In this document: piece after piece, positions 24,701-35,599 of the stretch
Numbering within the stretch: the first letter of the stretch is position 1
Layout: the number at the start of each line of letters is the position of its first letter
From: Eutreptiella sp. 'Long Island Sound 2002'
Taxonomy: Eukaryota > Protista > Euglenida
Direction of reading: 5' to 3'
Assembly: GCA_964036045.1 (NCBI GenBank)
Contig: OZ038379.1
Coordinates: 23,994,001 to 24,058,000 of the forward strand
DNA length: 64,000 nt
Made by a program: the position numbers and the translations under genes
Notes under the pieces: generated by a model
What the model was told of the DNA's origin: nothing
What the model saw: only the letters and a program-made list of their open reading frames with translations
Databases searched by the model: none

Positions 24701-27700
24701 ATCCCACATTCGATTTTCAGCAGCCCAGAGCTCACACCTGCAAGCCAGCCCCCAAATCGGCAAAGAAATCCCAACAAACCGGCAAACAAATCGGCGGACC
24801 AATTTTTCGCCAAAACAGGTTGCCAGTCACCTGGATCTCAGTCCCAGGGCCCAAACACACCTTCCTTTTGGTTGCTCAGTTGTTGGAGTCATGTGGTAAC
24901 CCAAATTATGTCTCAATTTTCAAAAAAAATTTCGTCTCTCGGTCTGTACATGGTCCCTGAGCAGTAATATGGCAGCGTAAGGTGGTGGTGGTGGTCTAGT
25001 GGTATACACCCAGACATACAGAACTGCTGGCATGGGTTCAATTCCCACTGTTTACAGATCGGAATTTCTTTGCACTTTTTGTCACCTGTCTTGCTGAGAA
25101 AATTGGTTTTCCATGCACAAACAAAGCCATCCAGAAGAAGATCAGTGCACACAGACTGGCCATTTGCATCTCATTGTGTGCTGGGTGGGTGTGCAGCTCT
25201 GATCTGCAACCAAATTTTCGGTCTGTACATGACCAGCATCAGGGTACTTGTCCCGCAGAAAAGTTAAATCATCAGGGGACAATGAATCCCAGGGGACCAC
25301 AGACTCGTCTTTTTGTGGGCAGTAAAAACACTTCACGGTGCCAATCTGAACAACCAATATAGAAAGAAAAGGTATTATCAAGCGTCCCAAAACAAATGAT
25401 GCACATTTTACAGTGACACCTCCCAATCAGGTGTCCTAGAATCCCAGAAACCCCAACAAGTCGGCGAAATGAATCGGCCAAATCACAGAAACCCCACAAA
25501 TTGGTAGAACAAATCGGCGGAATTCACAAACCCAACAAATCGGCAGAACAAATCGGCGAAATCGGCCGAATTCAGCCGCTGATTTGGGGGCTGGCTTGCA
25601 CCTGCGGTCAGCATCAGAGCCCGCGTGTGTTTGCTGTGCCGCATGGCGCCCGTGTCCTCGCTGAAGCCCTGATAGAGGCGTGGGCGGCAGCAGCACATCA
25701 ACGGGCCACAGCATCGCCAGCGGCAGCAGTGCATGTACATGTACATGGGCCATCCATAGGCTGCCACGAAGTACTTGGCAAAGACCTCCAGCCGCACCAC
25801 CACGTCCCCAAGGGCCGCTGCGGGCGGCGCGAAGGCGGAGCGGCCGGTGTTCAGGGCAGGGGGGCGCGGGCAGACCTTGTCCAGGTCCTGCAACGCCAAG
25901 TCCCCCTTTTGGGCATGCGAAAGGATGGCGAAGCCTGAGTGAAGCGAGGGCCGGGCGGACGCCTGAGGACAGGCGGGGCGGGGCAGGCCCCAATGACACA
26001 AGCACTGGGCCCTGTTGCACTGCACACGGGACGCATGCGTCATGCGTCATGGCAGCGGCCGTCAGTGCCCCCGCGTCCCACAAAACGCCATCCGTGAACC
26101 GGATGCAGTGCAGTGAGTGCGCCCGCAACAGTGCCCCTGAAGCGAGGGCAGGTAGACTAGAGCCAAGTGCTCATAAACGTGCTTTGCAAAGGCTGTGGCA
26201 CGATGCTGGGGCAAAGAGCCCACAAAAGTGCGCATGCAAGTGCCCACAAAGGCGCAGGGGTGAAGTGCCCGCCTTTGTGCCCGCAAAGCTTGGGGCAAGC
26301 GGACTGGGGTAAAGGGGACGTTTCTGCACAGCGCACGCACAGCGCCCGATAGTCAGTTAACTTTGCCGTGACCACCCTGAAACTACCCACCAGATCGAGA
26401 TCAAGGGCTGGGTGAGCAGTGAGGTAGTGAATCGATCTTGGAGTGCCAATTCACCACCTTCACCACATCTTGATAATATTCCAAGTGAACAACTCCTTCT
26501 GGTGCAGTCTCAACCACTCTGGCAGGGACTTGCACACCGTTGAAGCAGGTGTAGAACACCCCATTCCCAATACTGAGATCCACGGAGAATGAAATAGTGG
26601 GTCTAAGCAGATGAGGTGGAAATTATGATGTCCTGTGGCAGGCACTATGAAAATGTATCACCACAGTTGGCCGCAACAGCAGTGGCTGAGGAACCGCTGC
26701 AGTATCGAGGAAAACGGGTCCGAAATAGCCTACTTTTCGCACAGCGCGGGCATAGTGCGGGTTACGCCCCCTAAGTTCATGCAAAGGTGTCCCAAAGGTC
26801 GTGGCACGATAGCAGGCAAGGCGCCCACAAAGTGCCTGCACAAGTGCATCCAACCCCAAATGACATTCGCCATTACCGGCGCCGGTAGAAGGGGGGTGTT
26901 CCCCTTCAGCACTGCTATGGCCAGACGGTCATCATGCGAATCCTGACCTTTAAACCGCGGTGCATCACACACGAGGCCATCCTGGGCAGCCCCTGAAAGG
27001 TGACGAAACTGCGCCAGTGTGGTAAGCTCTTCCAGAGGGTGCCCGGGGCAGACGGAAGGACTTTTAGCCCCAAGCTGCACTTGGCAACAGCAGGCCAAAG
27101 CAAACAGGTGAGCAGTGGGACAAACGTTCTACTGCAGAATTGCACACCCTCCCCCTTGTCCCAACTCTCCCCACCTTCCCCCTACCCCTACACCTCGACC
27201 ACAAGCAGGTCATAAACAAGACCCCGGTAACCAACCAGTCTTCATGGAACAGCCTCTCCCTCCTCTCTTGTGGGCCTTGGGCCTCCGCTCCAAGATCTCC
27301 GACGCCCTTTGAATTTTTTTTTTCACTTTCCCATGAGTACGCCCATCGTGAGAAAAAACCCCTGCTTCCCCCATCACCACCCTCCCCACTACGTCGTGCA
27401 ATACGCCTGGACAGACCCGGTGTTTGGTGTTGAGGTGCTCAGCACGTGCCGATGGGAACGTTGTCGACACGCTCTCCCTGGACAGACCTAGGGGGTGGTG
27501 TTGCCATAAAGGCCACATATGCACTATTTTGAATTTTCAGGAGAAAAGCCGCTGGGGCAAACGATTGGTAGTGGTTGTCTCTGCTCACAAGTACTGCTTC
27601 TGCCCCTTGGTGTACCTCCCATGCTGGCACCGGCATGCTTCACATTCAGTCATTTTCACGACAGTGAAGTTTGGAGGGTGCCCTCCACCACCGATGTCGG

Positions 27701-30375
27701 AAATGTAACACAAAGCACGGGGTTCCGATGTTTCCCATCAGTGGTGCACAGCCTTGCCAGGCATTTTGCCGTCGGTTCTTTTCGTTTCTGTTCGTGCGGC
27801 GTGCAGCGGCAGATGGGGTCCACAGCTCCATGACATTTGTCACGGGCGGACAGGATCTACCCAAGCGAGCTCACAAGGGTACAGCTCCTTTCCACGGCGG
27901 CCCGGATCAGCCATACGTTAGCGCATGGGTCGCACTACTGATGCAGTGCCTTTGTCAGCAAAGCGTCCCTCCACGGTCATTGCTATCCCCATCACCCCGT
28001 CGGTTTCACACCCAGATCCGCCTCTTCAGGGACGCTAACGGGACAGGTCTGTGTGGTGGGAGCCTGCTGGCAAACCGCACCCGTCTTAATTGCTTTGCGC
28101 CCCCTGGAAGTCACCCCAAAGACGCACCACCGACCAGGAGCGCATGCAAGGGGATGCAGGGACAGAGTTGGGCAAGGTTCGCTGCACCTGCTAGCAGTGG
28201 CAGCCCAAGCCTCGGAAGGTCCAGTGAGCTGTGCTAGGCAGGCCCTCAGGACTGTGGTGATCGCCGCCACGCACATCCCTGGCACAACCCCAAGGTAACA
28301 CCTTCCCCCTCTCCCCCTTCCAAAACCTCACAGTCTACCCAGGCTCCACGGTAGGGCCCTGGTGCAACAAACACCGGAAGCACGCAACTGCCTTGGTCCC
28401 GCTGCAGGACCTTCGTGGAGGGGAGGGGAAAAAACACCCAAAGCGCACAGCCACCCCGGGCCCCAGGCCCCACGCCCATTAGTACCTTGGCCCGACCGCA
28501 TGGAATAAACGCCTAAAGCACAACTGGGCTCCACCACAGAGCCTTTGTTCAACAACTTTGGAAAACCTTTCAACAACCGGTGAGAAAGGCCCCCCAGCCC
28601 TCGGTCTCCTCTTCAGGCGGTGTAAGAGAGGCATGAGCAGTCGTCTGGGGCCCGGGCAGTTGGATGAATCTACTGACGGTACCCCGTACTGTTTGCTAGG
28701 GACGAGGAGGAGGCGTGCAAACAGGGGTTCAACGGACACAGCGGTGTGGCAGACCTGCCAACAGGTCTGACACAAGCATCTGAGAGCCCGCACGGGCTTC
28801 GCACAGAAGGGCTGCCAGGTCCTCCATGACCCATTCCATGTTGTTAAGCCCGAGGCAGTTGCAGCGCAGACAGCGCAGTCGGCGGTGCCACATCCTCCGG
28901 TGCGCATCAACATCTGTTGTGAATGCAGACTTCACCCCCACAAGGGCCGTGCCCAAGATCAGCAGAAAGATGTCCAACCACAACAAAACTACAGCCAAGA
29001 AAAGAAAGGCCCACTGACTGTCATTACTAACGTGCAACTCGGTGAAGAGCAGGACCGTGCCCGACACTGCCACAGCGACGGTTGCCACCTGAAGATGACA
29101 ATATACCACCCGCAGCAACACAACGGCATGCAAACACCTGCTGGTGGCTCCATGGAGAGCAGCCCCCCGCTCCTGGACCCCACCCTTCCACTGATGGCAA
29201 GGCACTGACATTTGAACCTTCACATTACTTGTGCTGGCACTCGCGCTGACAGCAGACGCGCCACCACCCAGGAGCTTGTCCCGTGCAGGAGGACCCATGG
29301 GTGGGCGCAGCTGATCAAGACACCTGCATGAAGTCCCTTTTGGACCCTCTACATGTCCTGTACACCCCGGTTGGCCACCAGCAACAATCCAGGACACGTG
29401 GGCTCAGGAGGGCAGGGCGGGACGCGCAGGCAACTTGGGCGGAGGCATGCAACTTGTTGTAAAACTGCACACTTGCAGCCCCCACATCTTTGGCTGATCC
29501 GCCATTAAACTGCAGAACAGTTTGAATTTGTTTGGCACAACTTTGAACCGGAGAGATGTAGCGAGCGAGGTCAGGGTCCAGGCCCAGCCCTGCCAAACAC
29601 ACGGTCAGTGTGAAAAAAGTAGAATGACAACCGCCCACAATTGAAATTGGTGACTGCCCAACCGCTGTGGATTTGGCGGGTGTCCAGGACTTTGTGAACT
29701 ACACCGTGCCTCCGGGTCGCACACAACGGTCCTTTCACAGGCGCTTGCGTTGGCTGTGTGGCTATACTGGTGGGGAGGCGGGGCCTGTGGGGTGTATGGG
29801 GGAATGTTCCGGATTGGATGGGGGACTGAGAGACAAATAAGCGCCTTAGATCACCACCCAATGCTGTAGGCGGTTCCACGAGTGGATGCCTGGCGAGCCT
29901 GGGCCCTCTCCCCTGCTTGACACAAAGACACAAAGGGGGGTTGGTGATGAACACCCTTAAGCCCCCCACAAATCCGGAGCTATTGCTGTTGGCATGCACC
30001 CCCAAATCTTGTGTCACTGGTATCCCAGGGCACATAGTTCGCAAACTGAAAAGACGGCAAACAGACCTCCATGAAAACCAACAAATAGAGCAGCCCGGGC
30101 ATGTAGCGCCTTGGGTGCTCATCAGTGATGCTTCCGCGAGACGCAATGCCTGCAGCAATCAGAAGGAACAGAGCCTTGACGCCACAGATCAGCAGCGCGG
30201 CAATGTAATAAGACTGAACGAGGCTGCAACACTTCGTGGTGAGCACACCCATGCGAACAGCGAGCAGAACCGGCAGCAGGATGCCGCTCTGGAAGGCGGC
30301 CTTCTGCAGCGCAGGGCAGAAAACATCATCGCTGCCCATGCGCCAGCGCCGGCCAAACAGCACCAGGGCTGGCAT
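15341..30375 (-). CDS. DAGL: sn1-specific diacylglycerol lipase alpha/beta-like protein (N-terminal TM region + class 3 lipase), 6 exons, 638 aa
   Basis: Exons 30375-30067, 29088-28755, 25934-25602, 19095-18981, 17661-17244 and 15748-15341 total 1917 nt with consistent phases and all GT-AG introns. The N-terminus MPALVLFGRRWRMGSDDVFCPA matches the animal DAGL start (MPG.V.F.RRW...SDD). Other motifs: SDLLAGFAIL, AAYGWPMY, YFIALDHKEKAIVVAIRGTNSLADVLTD, GHSLG (Ser), DLVPRL (Asp), LYPPG, DHMP (His). Confidence 0.92.
17244..17661 (-). CDS. DAGL: DAGL-like exon 5: lipase core (GHSLG, DLVPRL)
   Basis: Acceptor cctccAG|G ACC; donor CAG|GTGCTT; GC-rich coding composition. Confidence 0.92.
18981..19095 (-). 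CDS. DAGL: DAGL-like exon 4 (EIKDPNDLLLVSFKNPVFEPSYFIALDHKEKAIVVAIRG)
   Basis: Acceptor atttcacAG|AG ATC; donor CGC GG|GTACC; not called in this frame by the ORF track. Confidence 0.88.
19600..22170 (+). mobile_element. Degenerate LINE-like reverse transcriptase remnant inside DAGL intron 3
   Basis: Stop-riddled reading frames with eroded RT-like motifs in the expected order: a GLR.G.P-like segment ~21495, and FRYP(G), resembling FRYLG, at ~21963. Weak evidence; boundaries approximate. Confidence 0.3.
22195..22957. mobile_element. MITE (~760 bp) with ~20-bp TIRs and TA target-site duplication
   Basis: Left end TA|CCCT-C9-TTGCAAAG (22195-22215); right end CTTTGCAA-G8-AGGG|TA (22938-22957). 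Internal gtgacggtgtcccggg(G)n is repeated near both ends; no coding capacity. Confidence 0.75.
22985..23300 (+). repeat. Interspersed repeat family headed by a caagcaag microsatellite (related copy at 48920-49900)
   Basis: Both copies start with (caag/cag)n followed by a similar caaaactgc...ccaaaa(a)cagcc.tttt.gg.ccaaaa segment. Confidence 0.5.
24986..25052 (+). ncRNA. tRNA-like sequence (tRNA pseudogene or SINE head) with Pol III A and B boxes
   Basis: A box TGGTCTAGTGG (24992-25002), B box GGTTCAATTCC (25035-25045), T-arm-like atggg/cccac. The anticodon and acceptor stems do not pair cleanly, so this is not called a functional tRNA. Confidence 0.5.
25602..25934 (-). CDS. DAGL: DAGL-like exon 3 (FAILSHAQK...AAYGWPMY...Cys-rich insert)
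   Basis: Acceptor cttcactcAG|GC TTC; donor GCA G|GTGCAA; phase 1-1. Confidence 0.88.
28755..29088 (-). CDS. DAGL: DAGL-like exon 2 (TM helices, SDLLAG)
   Basis: Acceptor tcatcttcAG|GTG; donor GCA G|GTCTGC. Confidence 0.85.
30067..30375 (-). CDS. DAGL: DAGL-like exon 1 (MPALVLFGRRW..., TM helices)
   Basis: ATG at 30375; donor GAG|GTCTGT at 30066. Confidence 0.88.
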
Positions 30376-32429
30376 CAAATGCGGCTCTGCACAGTGGAGT
30401 GCCGCAGGCACAGACCGTTGTGGAATAGGCCCCGCTCCAGCAGATGAGAGGGATGATGGGGGCTTCAAAATGGGACCCGCGCAATTGTTTTTTGATTGGT
30501 TTGCTCTTTGAAGGCGAGAGACGTTGCATGGATGTAATCAGAGGGGCATTGGTACGGTCATGATACCTCTACTGAGAGGAAAACGAGGCACAGGCTGGTC
30601 GGTCCATATAGAAGAAAAAAGTGGCTTGGAACCAGGGTCTAAATCGACGCACAGTGGCAGGTATAAGCCAACCAACTTTTGCCCACCACGGTGCAAACAA
30701 GCCCACAACGGCGCGTTTGGGGGCCAATGAGCCTCACTAAGTGTCTAAAGTCACTAAGGGCCTGGTTGGTGCTACATGGCTCCCCTTGGGTTTATCTGCA
30801 CACCGTCACCAAAATCAAGCGTCGCCAGAAAAAGTGTATGTTTCACCCAACACATGTAGGCCATTTTTAGTGGAAATGGTCATTTGGCGTCTTTCACACA
30901 GGCCATGGCCAGCCCTAGGCAAGGATAGAAGCTGCAGAAAACGTCTTTTTGTATCCTAGTATGCGTATACTGTCACAACATCCCTAGTTGCAGCCCTCAG
31001 ACTGGGCACCATGGAGTCACTAAGGTCGCCAAAATTGCCCGGATCCCAAAAATGGCTAAAAAAACTGGATAAACTGCATAAATACACATCCCACTCTGCC
31101 CTCACAAAACACTATGGACACAAAATCAAAAAATCCACTTGATTTGTGGTTTTTGACCCTAAAAACGGGGGGGATCTGTTTTGACTCCCATCCCCTTTCC
31201 CCCCTTCAAACAAGTGGGTTTCAAGTGGTGGTTGTTGGGGTGGGGGTCTAGGGGGTCCCGACCAAAAACTCATTAGGGGAAGCATTTATTGGACAAAACA
31301 GTGGTTTTACAAGCAGGCATCGGTGCTCACCTCCACCGAACTCAACAACTCACCAAACTCGGATTTTGGAGTCCCGAAAAAAGGGAAAATGGGGAAAATG
31401 GAGAAAACCGGGGGACAATAGGGGGAAATGGAGAAAAACTGGGGAAATTGGCAGGGAAAGGGGTCATAGCACACGGGATGGGGGTTGTGGAGGGTTGTGG
31501 TGGGATGTGGTCAAGGAAAATGGGACAAAAATGGACAAAAATGAGAGAAAAATGGGACAAAATACCCATTTTTCACAATCCCCTTTCCCCCATTGTTCCA
31601 GAGGTTGCAGACCCTAAGTTCCCTTTGCAATAATCAGCTCACCACACTCACCGACGGAAAAATGGGATTTTTTGCCACTCACCGAAACTCACTGAAACCC
31701 ACCGCCACGGCAGCCAGTGCGGATGCGTGTACAAGGGATTGCACCAGCCATTCAACCCCTTGGGGTAGAGTTCATAAATAGGCCCCAAAAGTGGGTTTGT
31801 GATCTTTTCCTATGTATGCACCCCTGCGTGGTTTTGATGTCACAACCTATGCAAGGTGATTTGGCGATCCTCCGTCATCATCATCATCATCATCAGTCCA
31901 CCCCCAATCAAGGTCACCATCTTAGATTCCCAACACAAAACTCACTTTCACACCAAACTAACGTCAGATGAGTTCTATTCGAGACATATTACAGGCATAG
32001 TTGCATATTAGGTTGTTGAATCTGCTTCACGGGGAGTAGGTCCAATTTTGGGGTCACCTACGATCATCAACAACTACCCACCAACATAACCCCAATCGGT
32101 AGTGTTGGTAAAGGCGGTCAATAACCAATAGACAGGTCGAGAAGGTGCTACATGGCTCCCCATGGGTTTGTATGCACCCCCATTGTCAGCAAATGATCAC
32201 CCAAAAGCAGCCAAAGGGCCCCTCGGGGTTGTCGGAGGTCACCCGGGAATCGCGGGTTTTCAACCAACCCATGCCGCCCTAAAAACGGCCAAGTCCTCAC
32301 CGGTGGGGCCCCATGGGGGTCCAAATAGAAGAAAAATCTGGAATGGGACCAAGGTCCCTCCAGCGCGATAACCATTGCTAGGTTTGTGAAAAGGTTCCAT
32401 GGGGCCTTAGTCGTTTTGGCGGTGGCGCT

Positions 32430-32781
32430 AGCCATTGCACCCGTGCGGGGATTAACTGCCGAGGTGTTTGTTTTGGTGCCATGCCCTGGCTCATATATCT
32501 CGGGCTCCACAAAGTCTATGGCTATGGAACTGAATGGAAAGGAGGGAAAAGGCAATGGACAACATGAGTGTGGATGTGGCCCACGCCTTGCTCTCGCTTG
32601 GGCGCACACCACACAGTCCCCTATAGCCTTGTTGACCATTTGCTTCAACCTCGCGTTGGGGATAGTAACACTGAAACGCCTGAGAAACAGCTCCAAGGTC
32701 TTGGATTGACCTGTGTGAGCACAAGCATGTATCACCCTGACAACCTGAGGTATGATGGGCCCGTGGGAGCAAATTTTCCCT
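32430..32781 (-). mobile_element. LTR retrotransposon (Ty3/gypsy-type) integrase fragment: HHCC zinc-binding domain + start of catalytic core
   Basis: GKICSHGPIIPQVVRVIHACAHTGQSKTLELF...CVVCAQAR...PLPFPSFPFSSIAIDFV. The sequence degrades after DFV and joins an unrelated repeat. Confidence 0.75.
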
Positions 32782-33629
32782 CATGATGAATATGCGGGAG
32801 CGATCGGTTTTACCCGGCAACGTAAAGGATTGTTGGTTGAGTTGGTTCTAAAGCCAGCTTTGTGCAACCAAAAGGTACAATTTTTAGACTTGCCCCAGAC
32901 TAGTGAAACCAATGGAAAAACTGTTTTTCACTAAAAAAAAAAAACAAAGCGTAGCACATTAGCACGAAGACAATTACACACACAAATACACACCAAACAT
33001 TGGTGGATCTCAAAACTGTGACTTGCAACCACTAAAGATAAGGTTTGAGGAAAAAATGTTGTGAAAATTTAATTCAAGGCCATGTATTGGGACCAAATAC
33101 GGTGATAAATGGGTACCTAAGAGCACAGCAAACATGGTCTCAAGAGGGCACCGGAGCTGATCCACTTTGGGGACCCCTTGACCTTGGGTGATGGCTATTG
33201 GCGGCATATGCCCCAAATGTTTCAACATGCTGCTGACTAGGGCTGGCGGGTCACCCCTTTGGCCACTGAGTCCCTTACCCCCCCACCACCACCACCTGCA
33301 ACCTAGTGGCCCTACTTGCCTAGCTTTCCCCCTCCACTTTGCGTTATACCAAAACACCCCCTCTCTAATGTAGACCTCCAAAAACACGGGCAATTTTGAA
33401 ATAAACACCCCGCCCCTTTTAGACCACCCGACATATAGATCACTTGAACTGCATCCCCCCCCCCCCCCGGAAGCTTCAAGAAGATCAGCTTTGATGAGAC
33501 GATTGGATCAACACCGCATAGACTTCCGAACCGATAAATTTGGAGCTCACACATCTCATCCCAGATCACTGCCTTTGACTTGTTTTGTAGTCTATGGGTG
33601 TGGCTAGTATGGGCTCATGGTGTGCTCAT

Positions 33630-35574
33630 GGTGTGGTATGGCTGAGGGGCCATCGACCGAAAATGGGGCACAACTGCTTACCCCTGGCCATTCGTTTCAC
33701 GAGGCGGGCGTGCCACCTCTTGATTTTTGGAAGGCGGTCAGACAAAGGCTTCCTACTGTTAGTTTTGCGACGCAAGGAAATGCCCCACCTGCGGCAAAAT
33801 TTGAACCTTCAGGAAAGGGTGGATTTCCAATCCTTTGCTGCATCGTCACCATGCTCCTTACTGATCAGTTTTTTCATGTGTATCCGGATCCATTTCGTAG
33901 TCACCCTCAAACCCTTAGCCCTTTTCGTGCGGATATCAGTGTACAGTTGTTTTTCCAAAAGGGGATATTTACCTGGTCTTTGCTTCACAATGCAACTGAT
34001 CCGCTTCCTGGCTGCCCCACCCTTTTTCAGGGCCTCTTCCAATTGCCTCTCCTTTGCACCCCAATTAGAAACAAGACTCTGTGATATGTTAAACACATCA
34101 GCAACTGTTTGCTGTGGGCTGTCCAGTTCCTTCAACCTCTTGAGTTCCTCCATGTGGCGCAACTTATTGACAACCCGAAGCTTAAACTTCAGCTTATATA
34201 CTGTCCTGACTGGCATCCCCTTATTTCCCTGGCGCCCTTTACCCTTGCCTTTGGTTGCTGGCATTGATGAGGAGGAGGAAGAGGCTGGCATTGATGAGGA
34301 GGAGGAAGAGGCTGGCATGGATGAGGAAGAGGAAGAGGCGTCCTGAGGGTCCTGAGGTTCCTCCACAGCCTGATGTTCCTCCACAGCACAGGGGGCAGGA
34401 GGTACGGCTCTAGTGAACTTGAAGAAAGGGGTCAAAGGTGTCGTCTTCTTACGCAGCACATCTCCGGCACACCAATGTGCAAGTAGACGCAATCAGCAAC
34501 ACCATTCAGCAGGCCTCGTGCGCGACGGCTTCACCATTTAGCTTTGACGAGCGTAGCGCGACGAAAGAACTCATCTCCTCAGCAGCACAGCAGTCCCCAT
34601 GCGCGACGGCTTCACCATTCAGCGAAAAAGCAGTCCCCAAGCGCGAAGGCTCACCATTTAGGTCTCATGTAAGTAGCGCGACGAAGGAACGCGTCTCCTC
34701 AGCAACACAGCAGTGCCCATGCGCGACGGCTTCACCATTTAGCTCTCACGAGTCTAGTGCGACGAAAGAACGCGTCTCCTCATGCACCACAGAATACCTC
34801 GTCTGATGTGCTTGTCCTTGTGCGCAGCTAAGGCAGGCGCGTGGCTGAAGGTCTGTGTGCATCCTACGTACGGACATGCCAAGAGGGCCGCCTTCTTCAA
34901 TTCTGGCGGCTCTTTCACTGCGTATACTGCACCATCTCTCTGACGAACGAAGGTTTGGGTCACCCCAAAAGCAGTGAGGGTCTTCTGCTTCTTTACACCT
35001 GGTTCTTGTGGCGGCACTGTTGGTGGCAGCGACTGTTGGCTCTCCTCTGTTGGCGCCTCCTCCACATGAGGCTGTGGCGGTGGACCGGATGCTTGCTCTG
35101 GCTCCTGTAGCACATATATTGTTCCACTGAGACCAGTGCACCAAGCTGCTGTACCATGCAGGACAAGCGAAACAGAATACCTCGCCCTCCAACGCCGCTG
35201 GCAACTTGTGGCCACAACTGCGGCAGAACTTGTCTCCATCTGCAGCCTGGGCACCACACTGCCCGCAGAACCCCATTGACAAAGCCTGCAGGCGGAAACA
35301 GGCAACAGATACAATGCTGCACTTAAGCTGCAGAAAAATTAGTGCCAAATCTGTCGCTTTTGGATTTTGATATTGGTTTCTGCAGTGTGGGCGTCCTAAC
35401 CATTGATTTCATCCATTCTGGCATTGATCCGCACTAGCAAGATCGCGGCGGAATTTACCGGAATATACAGCTGCTGGCGCTAGCCTTGCACCATTGTCGT
35501 ATTCCGAAATTTTCGTTGGAACATTAACAGGCTGGCAGTTGGAAAACGGCATTCTTCCTGGCGCGATTGCACTG
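33630..35574 (-). mobile_element. pogo/Tigger-family DNA transposon, 5' half: TIR + spliced zinc ribbon, C2H2 finger, HTH and HTH_Tnp_Tc5 (CENP-B-like); pseudogenised
   Basis: TIR ends at 35574 with TA at 35575-76. Exons 35276-35181 (MGFCGQC...FCRSCG), 35104-34798 (CPYVGC...H...H) and 34461 onward (acceptor less certain; YKLKFKLRVV...GKYPLLEKQLY...). In-frame TGA at 33811-33809, then RFKFCRRWGISLRRKT...FGRWPLSH, where homology stops. Confidence 0.8.
34510..34790. repeat. Intronic repeat (gcgcgacggcttcaccatt core x4) in the pogo 5' half; adjacent 27-bp coding repeat x3 at ~34255-34340
   Basis: Cores at ~34520, 34601, 34641 and 34721. The 27-bp unit ggctggcattgatgaggaggaggaaga encodes MPASSSSSS on the minus strand. 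Confidence 0.7.
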
Positions 35575-35599
35575 TACCAGGCAACCAGCCTTAACCTTG

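Noticed and set aside
33594-34346. 250-aa plus-strand ORF, and likewise 43100-43633 (poly-Ser)
   Set aside because: Antisense shadows of the pogo transposase coding regions.
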